61,108 nt of DNA, filler included, from Asterionella formosa (GCA_002256025.1; 5 parts of 5 records of this genome joined end to end with filler, not necessarily neighbours in it); one strand, 5' to 3'. Counted from the first letter of the whole stretch, positions 37,210-48,710 are shown. Notes: a model not told the origin generated them from the letters alone. Translations and numbers: made by a program.

Positions 37210-38766
37210 ATGTCGAACCAGAGTAGCATCAGCGCTTCGCCTCATCCCTCATTATCGACAAGAACCAAGCGAGTCTATGTTGTTTTTATTCTCGGATCGA
37301 TCGTGGCACTGACGACAAATCTCCTTTTTCAAGGAACTGTCTCTCTCAGTGCTATCAGTACTGCTGCAGAAGGATCTTTTGACGAAGTCATACACTTGGC
37401 TGTACAGCTGCAAAACGCGGTTGAACGAGGACTAGACGAGCAAGAATTTCAAGAACCCACAAAGCCACTCAATATATTGCTCCTCTATGCAGATGACTGG
37501 AGACATGACAGTCTCAGCTCGGCTGGAACACAAATTGTCTCTACACCCTTTTTGGATAGATTGGCTCAAAAGGGCATTCGATTTACTCAAAATTGTGTCA
37601 CCACATCTATATGCTGGATTTCAAGAGCCACTCTACATACTGGGCAATGGTTCTCTCGTCACAACTCATCAAAGTTGGTGGAGCCTCACTGGTACAATAG
37701 CAATAATGATACATTCCCAAATGTGCTTCGAGAGAATGGATACTACACTGGCCATATTGGAAAATGGAACTGGTGGTACGAAGACCAAGGTCCTACCTTT
37801 GATGTATTTAATATATATGAAGGTGATCACTGGATGGAAGACCACGACAACAATGGGGCGATGACTCACGTGACGAAATTGAATGAGAAACATGGAATGA
37901 ACTTCTTAAAAGATCGACCTAAAGACAAACCATTCCACTTGACAATCGCATTCTTTGCTCCTCACAGTGTTGATGGCGATCCGGAGCAGTACTTACCACA
38001 AAAAGAATCAATGACTCTGTATGCCGACACTGAAGTTCCAGTGCCAGTTAATGGGGGCGACGAATTTTGGAGCAAACTACCCGATATGTTTACCGATACT
38101 TTTGAGGGACGCGTGCGTTACTATATGCGGTTTGATTCACCTGAAAAGTATCAAAAGATGATGAAGAACTATTACCGACTGATTAGTGAAGTTGACAAAG
38201 CCTGCGAAACCTTAGTGAAAGAACTGGAACGACAAGGTATCCTTCATGAAACATTAATCATCTTCACCACTGACAATGGATACTTCCATGCAGAACATGG
38301 ATTGGCAGGTAAATGGTTGCCATATCAAGAATCCATTCGGGTCCCATTGATCATTCAGGATCCCAGGATGCATCCTCGGCATCATGGAACCTTGAATGAC
38401 GACTTTACTTTGAATGTGGATCTGGCGTCGACTATTTTGAGCGCCGCGGGCATACCACAACGGGAAAGGATGCAAGGCCGTGATATTTCGGAACTGTATC
38501 GTGGAAAAGATGTGCCAGAGTGGAGAACCGAATTCTTTTATGAACATCCTAATGTTTTAGACGATCCCAATTGCATTCCAACCAGTTTGGCTTTGGTGAG
38601 CAAAGAATATAAGTACATTGAGTATCCTGAATTCAATACCAAACAATTTTTTCATTTGAAAAAGGATCCCATGGAGGAGAATGATTTAATCAACGATCCT
38701 GACTATGCCCCTATAATTGCAACTATGGAAGTGCAATTGAGAAAATTGGAAAAGGATTCCAAGTAG
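37210..38766 (+). CDS. Family S1 (formylglycine-dependent) sulfatase with an N-terminal membrane anchor
   Basis: NILLLYADD, TPFLDRLA, SICWISRATLHTG (CxxxR), GYYTGHIGKW, FTTDNG, YQESIRVPLII and DPMEENDL. Confidence 0.92.
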   Translation: MSNQSSISASPHPSLSTRTKRVYVVFILGSIVALTTNLLFQGTVSLSAISTAAEGSFDEVIHLAVQLQNAVERGLDEQEFQEPTKPLNILLLYADDWRHDSLSSAGTQIVSTPFLDRLAQKGIRFTQNCVTTSICWISRATLHTGQWFSRHNSSKLVEPHWYNSNNDTFPNVLRENGYYTGHIGKWNWWYEDQGPTFDVFNIYEGDHWMEDHDNNGAMTHVTKLNEKHGMNFLKDRPKDKPFHLTIAFFAPHSVDGDPEQYLPQKESMTLYADTEVPVPVNGGDEFWSKLPDMFTDTFEGRVRYYMRFDSPEKYQKMMKNYYRLISEVDKACETLVKELERQGILHETLIIFTTDNGYFHAEHGLAGKWLPYQESIRVPLIIQDPRMHPRHHGTLNDDFTLNVDLASTILSAAGIPQRERMQGRDISELYRGKDVPEWRTEFFYEHPNVLDDPNCIPTSLALVSKEYKYIEYPEFNTKQFFHLKKDPMEENDLINDPDYAPIIATMEVQLRKLEKDSK

Positions 38767-39890
38767 GATCAACTGCTTGTTCGTTTCGAGCTATGATAAT
38801 GCATTATTCTGGTTTACACACCATTTGTTCATATACCTTGCACAATGTTCGAACTTGACTTGTCTTTCCCCATCATAAGATTTGACATGTCGAATGGCAA
38901 TTTTCTCGCAGCCCACTGAGAGAACAATTCTATGGCGAGAGCCTTGGTGACGCCACCTACATTCCCTGCATAGATGGCAATAATATTGCACCGAAACAGT
39001 ACAGCAAGGGCCCAAGAAAATTGTCCAAACATGGTGATGAGGCTTTCACGCACGCCTGTGTCTCCTTTTTTCTTGTAAGGCACAAGTGCTGCGCTCATGA
39101 CCCTTTCAGCTCAAGCCAGTCTGTCATTCTCTTGACATTTACTTGATAGAGTACCGTTGATGCGTTTACCTATCTTACTACCTGGTAGTCTAGACTACCG
39201 GTACCAGCAATCTATTGTTCTATGTAGTCAAGACTGCTTCTATGCTAGAACTATTCCTGTTGGGAGTGCCAGTAAGGTAGGAAGGTATACCTGGTAAACA
39301 CTTCATGGAACTGATATTACATTATGCATTAATTAGTAATCGGAGTATCACATTTATGTAGAGAGTGATGCTCGCAAAATCAGGGCTTGCGTTAACGGCC
39401 AACTAGCTCGATCGTTATTCTTTGAAGAATTGTGTGGCTCTGGATTCTTTGATAGTATCATTCGCCTTTTTTCGCTTTTACTTCGCATGCCGATGTATGT
39501 AAAATGAATCATTGCTGTGTGATGGGATCGTCGAACTGTTGACGTGATGTTCGATCATCATCTCCTCTCATTTCTGGTTGTAAGTTTCATTGGGTTGATC
39601 AAGAGATTGGTTCTATACTCTCCTAGTCTGCTTTTCAGCACACCATCCCATACTCACCTTTTTAGCTTGTCAGGTTCGTTGTCAGCAGTCGCCACTCGCA
39701 CTCGATGATCATCGTCATTGTTGTATAAATCCTCACCTTGAGTAGTTGCGATTTCGTTGCTAATTGCTTCGTTGCTTTGAACGTGTAGATTACATCTGCA
39801 ATGCTCTGCTGTAACCGAGAAGGTTGATGGTAGATCCCAACTGACTAAACTTACACGATCCGCACGCTTAGCAGAAAATATCCTAGAAAG

Positions 39891-40715
39891 ATGTTCAACA
39901 CCTGTAACTACATACCGGTCGTACCATCCTTCTCTGGTTTGGATGACGATTGGTTCCGCTGGAAAACTGACTGCCAAATTCAATTCGAGATGGCTGGTCT
40001 CACCAAAGTGATTAAGTCGAGGGCCTATTCATTGTCACATGCACGTGAGAATGTGATGGTGTACGGCTTCCTTGTAAGCGCCTTAAACCGTGAATCTAAG
40101 GTAGACTTTTGTTGCTTTGACACTGAGCATGAAAATGATGGACATAAAGCATGGCAGAACCTCGAAAGGTACTTTGAGGATACCCACCTGCTTGTGAATT
40201 CTGTCAGAAAGCAATATGAGATCCTCGATAGGCTCACCTTGCTCCCAGATAAATGTCGCGCTCAATACACTGCTACCTTTATGGAGTGTAAGCACAGGAT
40301 CAAGGCCTATGCGGAGGTGGCTGTGGAGAATGGTATCTATTGCCCCACCCGTCCATACGAAGATGTTGACTGGAAACATAAATACATTGAGAATATTCTA
40401 GACCCAAAGTATGACTCCACAAAGAAATCATGTGTTTCTAAACATGACTACACCCTTTGGGATACCATAATCTCCGTAAAGGATTGTGACATAAAGCACA
40501 TGATGAATCTAACTGGAACTGAAGGTTCTGCTGATTTGCAGTCTAAAGAACCAACCCCTGCTAAGAAATCCCCAAAACCTACCAATGGTAGAAATGAAAA
40601 TTTCAAGTCATTGCAACCCAGCACTGGGAAGTCTAACAAAAGAACAGCAAACCCAGAGCTCAAAAAAGCTAAAAAGAGGAAATCCAACAAAAAATTCAAG
40701 CTTACTCATAGTTGA
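39891..40715 (+). mobile_element. Solitary intact gag-like ORF resembling Ty1/copia gag
   Basis: FSGLDDDWFRWK start and DGHKAWQNLERYF recall copia gag. Lys-rich tail; no pol ORF follows. Confidence 0.6.
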
Positions 40716-41689
40716 AAATGACTACTGTGCACCTCAACCCAGTTCTTGTGTATATGACAACACACAAGACATTATGCACTTTCTACAGCACAGATTATAG
40801 CAGCAGGTTTGGAACGATAAATTGATGTAGGTCCAACCTGAACTAGCAAGCAACCAATTCAGTAATTTCCAATAGCCCCCTAGATGTGCCTGTCATTACT
40901 TCAGGAATTGGCTTGCACCAAAACTTGAGGGAGAGTAGAATGAACCCCATATCAGCACAACACAATGATGTTCTACAAGGTGACAGTGGCAATTCAATTA
41001 TTACCATGCTCATCATCATTCATCATGCCCAGAATGATGCAAATTGTGTTCATTGATGAATCATGTATTGATTTGTCTTCGAATGGGACTAATTTCCCAC
41101 AGTGATTTAAAAGTGTGTCTTGTTTCTTGAAACTCCAACCATCCTGGGCATTCTCCTCTTACTACTGAATGCGACCGCCCATATACTCCATTGTCTCTTT
41201 GGACCCGCCTGTACATTATTGTCGAGGTGGAACGAAACACCCAATAATTTTCTAGTTCTGGAAATTTTAAAGTGCTCGATGTATGTAGAGGTTAAGGTTC
41301 CTTCATTTGAAGAACCCCTAGGCAAATCTTAAACTATTGCTTAGGGTCGCCCAAATTCTCTGGAACTATGAATTTCTATGGAATAATTTTGAGTGACATG
41401 ATTCCATTTGAAATATTGAAATCAGTGGAAATTTGCGCATACTATTTATATATATATATATATAAATAGCCTACATCGCTCCATGTACATATGCCCTACA
41501 CTACAATCAACATATATGTGTCATACAACCCAGTGCATTCTAGTACTGTTACTATGTGTATAATCACTGATGATCAGCTACCTCTTATTGTTTATATTGT
41601 ACCAACCGGCCAACACTCAAGAGAATGTTGCATGTGCATCTAGTGTGGCCAACTAGCATAGGTCTGCAAGACTGCACAAACCGGGCCAT

Positions 41690-42200
41690 TCAAATGGCGG
41701 TAAGTAATTCATTTTGACCAATCAAAATATTTAAAATGAAGCGGGCGCTTACAATGGAATTTTTGTACAGGAGATTTTTGGACAAAAATTGAATTACAAG
41801 TCTTCTATTGTGATGATGAGGGTTCGGTGATTAGTGATTATGATTCCGACATTTTGGAGACCATTGAAAAGGCTGATATTTTCGAATGTTTGGATGATGA
41901 TTGCTCAACATTGGCAGGGTTTGAAGAAGAGTTAGTAGGTACATATACCAGTATGTAATCTTCATATAGCCCCAGAAGTTGACTTTCAGTGAGAAAGTGC
42001 AGAACGGAACTTCGGTTTTTTACTTGGCAAATAAACGAGTTGGTGGCCTGGTAAAATCCACTATTTTCAGTAAGTTCCTCTCTGCACTTTCTCGCCAGAT
42101 CCTATATAGCTAGCGTTGACCCATACCCATACAGGTACTTTGATCAATGACTGTATCAAAGCATACATGGAAAGGGTGTATTTTTATGAAAGCTCTGTTT
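41690..42200 (+). repeat. Unclassified dispersed repeat, copy C (most diverged)
   Basis: TTGGA.GA.GATT.CTC.ACATTGGCAGGGTTT and CAATGACTGTATC are shared with copies A/B. Hairpin arms at 41991-42012 and 42072-42093. Confidence 0.65.
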
Positions 42201-42652
42201 AGCGACATAAATTTTATATATCTTACTTCAAAGAAGTCTGAATTTGACTACTGTACGGGTACTCTGACTTAATACTATTTTTTAACCCTACCTCGAGCTA
42301 GGGATTCACATGCAGGAACCCTTCAGGAAAGTGACATTGATTAAGGTTTTCATGTCATTGAGTCTGAACGAGAGACTGAAATCAGCCTCATGACCCGGAG
42401 AGATTCCGTCATTAGGTACCTTTATACAGCATGCAGTAGACTATTACACCGTAAATATATTATAATATACCGGTATATTGTAACTTTTTGGCAGGCATAG
42501 AGCAATCATTTTAATATAAAATGGACAACTTGCTTGTCCCCATCTTTGTTCCTTCCGTTTGAGTAGTCTATTATCGTATCAGTCTATTGGGGAAACCTCC
42601 CATTGGAAGACTGCTCTTGTTCTTGCGCTTGAACCACAAACGACTCATGATA

Positions 42653-44776
42653 ATGCAGCGAAACCTCCTCCTCGCCTCATTACAATCGATGCACCGATTG
42701 GCTCTGCTTCCACTGCTATTCCTCCTTCTTCTACTTGTTCCGAATGCCCGGGCTTTTTTGTTTGGCGCTTCCAGTACGCATTATCATCATTGCAACACTG
42801 CAACAACAAGAACAACAACGACAACAACGCTCTTTGCCAAGCGCAATAAGAAGCTAACCACGGACGTTTCTGATTTGAATCGATGGTACGATAGTGTCGA
42901 TGCTGATGCCACTCCTGACAATGTATTTTGGGAAGAAATGGAACGTCGGCGACTCCTCACGGAACTCGGGAGTGAAAATACTAACAAGCCTTTAGTAGTT
43001 GCATCCACATCAACATTTACTTCGCCATTTACTAATACTGTTGTGAAACCGACTCCAACCATTACACTGCAAGAACGATTTTCACAACAACAAGCTACTA
43101 AATCGACAGAAGCAATCTTGGCGGACTTTGGTGCATTCATGGTGGACAACAATTGGTTGGATGAAGACTTGCATGGCATTATGATGGAGCAAGAGATGAA
43201 TGGTGTGTATGCTGACTTTGATAGTATTGACGAACAGAATGAAGCGCTGGACCAACAAATGGAAGAATGGCAAGCAGACGAAGAACCTGATATGATGTGG
43301 AGGTTGCAATCGGACGAACCCTGGGACCGGTGGGGGCAGATTAGAGATGCCGATACAGAAGAAACACTTCAGATGGAGCCAAACCCGAAATCAGAATTCC
43401 TTTTTGATAATGATACAGATGATGAAGTAGAAGCTGCAAAAATGGAAGCTGAACTACTGGAGCGATTGAGCAAAATTGGCATTTCGAGTGAGCGATTGGA
43501 AAAGGCTAGACTTTCTCAAAAGGCAAAATCATACTTTTCCAGACCGCCCGATGAAGTAGAAGGCTTTGACCGCATGTGGGTTAGTGCGATTGACAATGTG
43601 TGTTTTAATAATCTAGTTGGTGTCATGAGAAATTGTGGGATTCAGTTTGCTGACAATTTCGGGGACTGGATCGATGGAAGTGAGGAGGATGGGTTACACA
43701 GCATTGAAGACATTGCCTCGTTCAAGGCTCGTCAGGTATATCAAGTAACGGGCTTGCCGTGTGTGGCGTCACGGACATCCTTTGAGATTGAACCCATTCC
43801 CACGACATCCTCTGGACCCAAATCGGTGGGACAGTCCAATCCACGCGTTACATCAGGATACAAATTCAATGACGTTGGTAACCATGTGGATTATATCATT
43901 TCGGCACTCAAGCCTCTCTCCGAACCGTCGCGTGTGACTAGATTCCGCACTTGCCTTTGTTACTATGATGGCGAGGTGGAAATTTATGACTACGGGATTT
44001 GCGATGTCGACATTTACTTTGCCACCTCGCTTCGGACGTTCATTCCAATGTCTTCCGCCATTAGCGAGTTATGTAAGACTTTGCAATTGACGTTTGGACT
44101 TGACTACCAACGCTGGTTGACGGCAGGATCAGATCAAAAGGGGATAGGCTCCGGTTCCGCTTCCGTCAAACTCCGTGATCGGGTTCTCAAAGACGGTAGG
44201 GTCTTGCCCAACTCCATCATTGACGTTTCATCCTTTATGGATTCCATGGTAGATGTTAATCTCATGGATGATTGTGCCTTGGAATTGGTAAATCGATTTG
44301 CAGATTTAAAACCTTCCAAAATTTTGACAGTCGCAACAACGGGGTTGGTAATTGCCCTCCCCATGGCCAAATACCTTAATGTTCCGTGTGTGTATGCACG
44401 TAAAGAGCGCAACATTGTCATGGCAGATACCTTTAGGGCTGGGTATGCCTCGAAAACAGTGGGTAAGAGTAGGGAGTTGCTTGTGAGCAAGTGTCATTTG
44501 GATGAAGAGGATCGCGTTTTGGTAGTTGACGATTTTCTTTCATCTGGAAGCAGCCAAGAAGCGCTTCTGCGCATTGTGGCGGAAAGTGGAGCTACAGCTG
44601 TGGGAGTTGGTGTGCTATTGGAAAAGGTGTACGAAAGTGGTCGACGAGCGTTGTCGGGATTTGATGTTCCTATCCATTCGTTGTGTCGAGTCGCATCTGT
44701 GAAGGAGGGTGTCATTCAGATTGTGGAGGAAGATGGGTTTGATCAACGTTCCTTGCAACAGATGAATGATGAATGA
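42653..44776 (+). CDS. xpt: Putative plastid-targeted fusion: acidic N-region + Ham1/ITPase-like domain + xanthine phosphoribosyltransferase
   Basis: Signal peptide ending ARA-F, then a Thr-rich transit-like region. The C-terminal ~190 aa are colinear with Bacillus-type Xpt (KILTV.TTG, VYARK, RVLVVDDFLSSGSS PRPP loop, GVLLEK...GR). Start could be 42647, 42653 or 42689. Confidence 0.85.
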   Translation: MQRNLLLASLQSMHRLALLPLLFLLLLLVPNARAFLFGASSTHYHHCNTATTRTTTTTTLFAKRNKKLTTDVSDLNRWYDSVDADATPDNVFWEEMERRRLLTELGSENTNKPLVVASTSTFTSPFTNTVVKPTPTITLQERFSQQQATKSTEAILADFGAFMVDNNWLDEDLHGIMMEQEMNGVYADFDSIDEQNEALDQQMEEWQADEEPDMMWRLQSDEPWDRWGQIRDADTEETLQMEPNPKSEFLFDNDTDDEVEAAKMEAELLERLSKIGISSERLEKARLSQKAKSYFSRPPDEVEGFDRMWVSAIDNVCFNNLVGVMRNCGIQFADNFGDWIDGSEEDGLHSIEDIASFKARQVYQVTGLPCVASRTSFEIEPIPTTSSGPKSVGQSNPRVTSGYKFNDVGNHVDYIISALKPLSEPSRVTRFRTCLCYYDGEVEIYDYGICDVDIYFATSLRTFIPMSSAISELCKTLQLTFGLDYQRWLTAGSDQKGIGSGSASVKLRDRVLKDGRVLPNSIIDVSSFMDSMVDVNLMDDCALELVNRFADLKPSKILTVATTGLVIALPMAKYLNVPCVYARKERNIVMADTFRAGYASKTVGKSRELLVSKCHLDEEDRVLVVDDFLSSGSSQEALLRIVAESGATAVGVGVLLEKVYESGRRALSGFDVPIHSLCRVASVKEGVIQIVEEDGFDQRSLQQMNDE

Positions 44777-44956
44777 AGCAATTGAATAGCTGCTAGTATA
44801 GGTTGTTCAAATTTTTTACAATTTTCCCACTTTCTAAAGCGCATCATAGTATGAATGACATGTTCCAAGAAAAATGCATTATCTTAGATCCAGACTATAT
44901 TAATTGCAGGTACAGCGTCGGGGAGAATATAGAAACATGGGTGGCTTAAGAATTCA

Positions 44957-46266
44957 TTAAAAAGCCAGGAGCACTTCATAACATTTGTGCCCGAGAATTA
45001 AGCAAACGATGGATAGCAAGACAATTGAAATATTTAACATCGGGTCCGTCAACCAAACAATATCAAGTTCGTCTCGCAATACAGGATTGGTAGGTCGCAA
45101 AATTTCTTGTCCCATTGGAGGATGCAGTGGCAAGGGATCGGGCTGCCCTTCGATTACAGCTTGGGTGGAACTCGCCTGAATACCTTCTTCCGTAATTGGT
45201 GGTTGATTCATAATCATTTCCTCATCCATTCTAATCTCTTCCTTGGAATTTTCTTTGTTAAATCCGAGGTCCTCATTGTCGTCCGCTTCCCCGTGTGCTG
45301 TATCCTCCTCCACATTAAATTGATTTGGAACAGCCACAGCAGAGTCCAATGTCTTTTCTTCATGTTCCCTCCTTTGCAAAAGTTTCAATTGCTCAATTTC
45401 CTTTTGGAATAGAGTCAATGGCTCTTGCTGTTGCTTGTCCTCGGATATCTCCTTGGGGATTAACAGGTCTGCCACTTTGCCACATGTATGGCAGCAAAAA
45501 GTCTGCGAGGCGATTGCCAGTCGCTTCCGTTCCTTGCTAGTCCAATCCAAGGCTCCAATGGCACCATCAGCAGGTGTCGGAAGGAACGATATGAGAGCTT
45601 CTAAAATCAAACGAATTCCCCAAGCAGGTTGCCATAATTCTGGATGGTAGGCAGAAAACGAAAGACATACTTTAGTGTTGATATCGAAACGACCAGAAGG
45701 AGTCAGGAATACAATGTGAGGTGGTTTGAAGGGATATTGTGGTGGTAGCTGTGTAAATGGAAAGACTTAATGAGTGAGTTTAGGGTTGTTGGTTAGTGGT
45801 TAGTTAGTTGGTTCAGCAAACTAACTAAGGAAGCCGTGGTTGAGTGCCTCAAGAAAGAGTGCATGACAGAATAAATAACAGCATTCAGCTGTCAGCTCTA
45901 GGGTTCGCTTCATAATTAATCAAAGCCTGGATCAACTCACCAAGATCCGACCGTGATAGATTCCTCCTTCAAAATCCGTTCCATCTGCTCCTCGAATCGT
46001 AAAGTGCCTGTATATAGCAATGCAAGCAACATGGAATGTGAGCCTACGTACATATCGACCGACTAAAAATTCTGAATCACACTAATTGTCAACTGCGAGC
46101 TTCGCAGTAATCCCATTCCTTTTGCTGTTGATTCTCTGCTTCACTCAACTCACCACTCAAACATATCACTTTCCAAAGGAGCCGCATGATAGCGGTCAGA
46201 TGGGTCAACTGCTAGCTCACGAACATCGGCTTGGATACGGCGAAGGGAAGGAGATTTGTTCGTCAT
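44957..46266 (-). CDS. UBE2J1: ER-anchored ubiquitin-conjugating enzyme E2 J (exons 46266-46154, 46007-45941, 45748-44957)
   Basis: Spliced product MTNKSPSLRRIQADVREL...EWHFTIRG..GTDFEGGIYHGRILLPPQYPFKPP...TPSGRF...KVCLSFSAYHPELWQPAWG, with a C-terminal TM anchor and two GT-AG introns. Confidence 0.92.
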
Positions 46267-46979
46267 GGTCGAGTAACTAAACTATGAAATAATGGATAAC
46301 AGTGTACAAAGTGGTCGAATTATGGTACCGGTACGGTATTCATGTTCGTTAGTATTTATTGAACATACCACAGGATACGGACTAAGAGTATACCTGGTGA
46401 CCGTAATATGTAGCTACATGAAGTCAAGGAGGTATGGTTGCATGCACCCACTATCAAATACCGTGGGTACCGGTACCAGGAACCCAGGTACGGAAGGTCC
46501 GGTAAAACACGTTTTAACTTAGGCAAAGACAAAGCTACATATCTCAATTACTGGACCTTCCAGTGTGTCNNNNNNNNNNNNNNNNNNNNNNNNNNNNNNN
46601 NNNNNNNNNNNNNNNNNNNNNNNNNNNNNNNNNNNNNNNNNNNNNNNNNNNNNNNNNNNNNNNNNNNNNNNNNNNNNNNNNNNNNNNNNNNNNNNNNNNN
46701 NNNNNNNNNNNNNNNNNNNNNNNNNNNNNNNNNNNNNNNNNNNNNNNNNNNNNNNNNNNNNNNNNNNNNNNNNNNNNNNNNNNNNNNNNNNNNNNNNNNN
46801 NNNNNNNNNNNNNNNNNNNNNNNNNNNNNNNNNNNNNTAGGACTTCGAAACGGCAATACTGATTCCAATTCCAAATTAATACATGTGTCTCTTCTTTATA
46901 TCCTTTTAATAAACCAACCCGACTGGCTTGTTGTTCCTGTATATTTAGCTTTAATCTGATTTAGCCTAAATGTTGAGAC

Positions 46980-47873
46980 CAATTTGTTTTGCTTATTCTG
47001 CCATTTGTTTCTCATTCATTTTGCTTAATGTAGGACTGTTTTGCTTAAAGTAACAATTTTGCTTATTGTGATGTCATCATTTCAACGCTGCTGCCATCAC
47101 AGTCAACTATAACCTACATAATCATACAGTAGCTTACTATGATACTGAATGCGCACTGGTAGTTGCAAGCCCCTGGAGAATCCTTCATCACCATGTCATT
47201 GCAGCGTTGACCATGATGAAAATAACAAATATCTCGACGAAAAATGAGAATGATGCATTCCTTTTTGATACATATATCAAACACGAAATGGATAGTACAA
47301 TAGAAAAAGAATAATCCTAATAGCGCTAATATTGACAACGAATATTGGAAGTCGCCACTGGCACATGTTTTCATCTAATTTAGAGATGCACAATCTTTAA
47401 ACGACGATGCTACAAGCACATGCAACACTTTTACAGTAGCTACACAAAGAATGAGACTACGACTACAATCTTAACATGAATAATTGAAGCAAAAGATGTG
47501 AAATAAGGCTATTATCTACTGAGAATTGATTGATTGCGAATGGGCAATTTGAATATAGTTCTTGTAGAAGCCAGCAAATGTGAAGCATTTGTTCTGGTGT
47601 ATGATCTCATCAAAACTGCTGGTAATGCCCTCTAATCGTAGTTAGTAGTAATGTGCAGCAGCCCATTCCTATATATGTACCATGTACCGCTACATATGAA
47701 ACCGGGTTGATACTACGTGGCAAGCCATGCATCATGTGCCGACAGGAGTGTCCCAGTAACAGGGTTACCGGTAACTCAATTTCCTTCCGTACTGATGTAG
47801 GCAGCAACCTTTGTTTAGTTTAAGCAAAATTTTGCTTAAAGTAGATTCAACTTGCTTAAACTAATATAGTCCC
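46980..47873. mobile_element. Probable non-autonomous DNA element with TTTTGCTTA subterminal motifs
   Basis: Four TTTTGCTTA motifs at 46987-47070, a 22-bp perfect palindrome at 47819-47840, and a terminus ...ATAGTCCC followed by TAA. Internal 47140-47370 is similar to 24720-24960. The partner end was not seen and may lie in the gap. Confidence 0.4.
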
Positions 47874-48436
47874 TAAATACTTTAACCCAAAATTACAATT
47901 CGTCGGAACCTTTTTTGTCCCTAATTATCTGAATTTATCGAATTTTGTCCAGTCGTCGGCCTGCAGCTACAAGCCGTTAGAAGTTTCATACTTTGATTTC
48001 TTAATGGCTGCTGAGTCGGGGAATATTTGTCGGTTTTAGGAATGAATACACGAATAAGCAAAATTACCGCAATTTGTAGGCACTCAACTGGACTATTACC
48101 AGTACCTGCAAGAAGTGGCGGTAAATATTCTGATAATCATATATATATATGAAATATTTAGCCACAGTTACTATCGCGGAATATATAATTGGAATATGCT
48201 GGCCTAGCTACTCGAAACAGACCTATGGTAGATCCGGCATGCTCGTCTATAACCTGATTCTATTTATTGCGATGACAAGCCTCCAATTTATTCAGTTACT
48301 TCCTCCAAATATATAGAATTAAATCATCTAAAATCTGCTCTAGTGCCATTGTTGTATGCGGCTGAGGCTACTAGTACTATCTGTATGTGTCTGGCAAGTA
48401 GTTGCTGATGTCTGAAAACTAGCTGTTGTTATGTTT

Positions 48437-48710
48437 CTGACAAGAAATCGTCTGAAAAAATAACGTCTGACTTCGAGCTCCCAGGCGGGGCCAGTACACA
48501 AAAAATGTATGAAGAAATAGCTGTAGATAATGTGTCAATTGGTGTCTCGTTGTTGGTCTCTCGTCATCATATGTAGTACTAAGTAACTAACGTCCACAAT
48601 CTACACACTTCTTGTTAGTAAAAATGTTTTTATTTAAAGTAACAAAGAGCAAGAATCGTGTGACAAAAAATCGTCTGACAGAAAATAGTCTGACAAGAAA
48701 TCGTCTGAAA
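48437..48710. repeat. Two short arrays of a ~15-bp unit (AAATCGTCTGACAAG)
   Basis: Units at ~48437-48472 and ~48652-48710. Confidence 0.65.

Noticed and set aside
39340..41100. Full LTR retrotransposon around the gag-like ORF
   Set aside because: No matching LTR pair, no recognisable PBS and no pol remnants found by eye.
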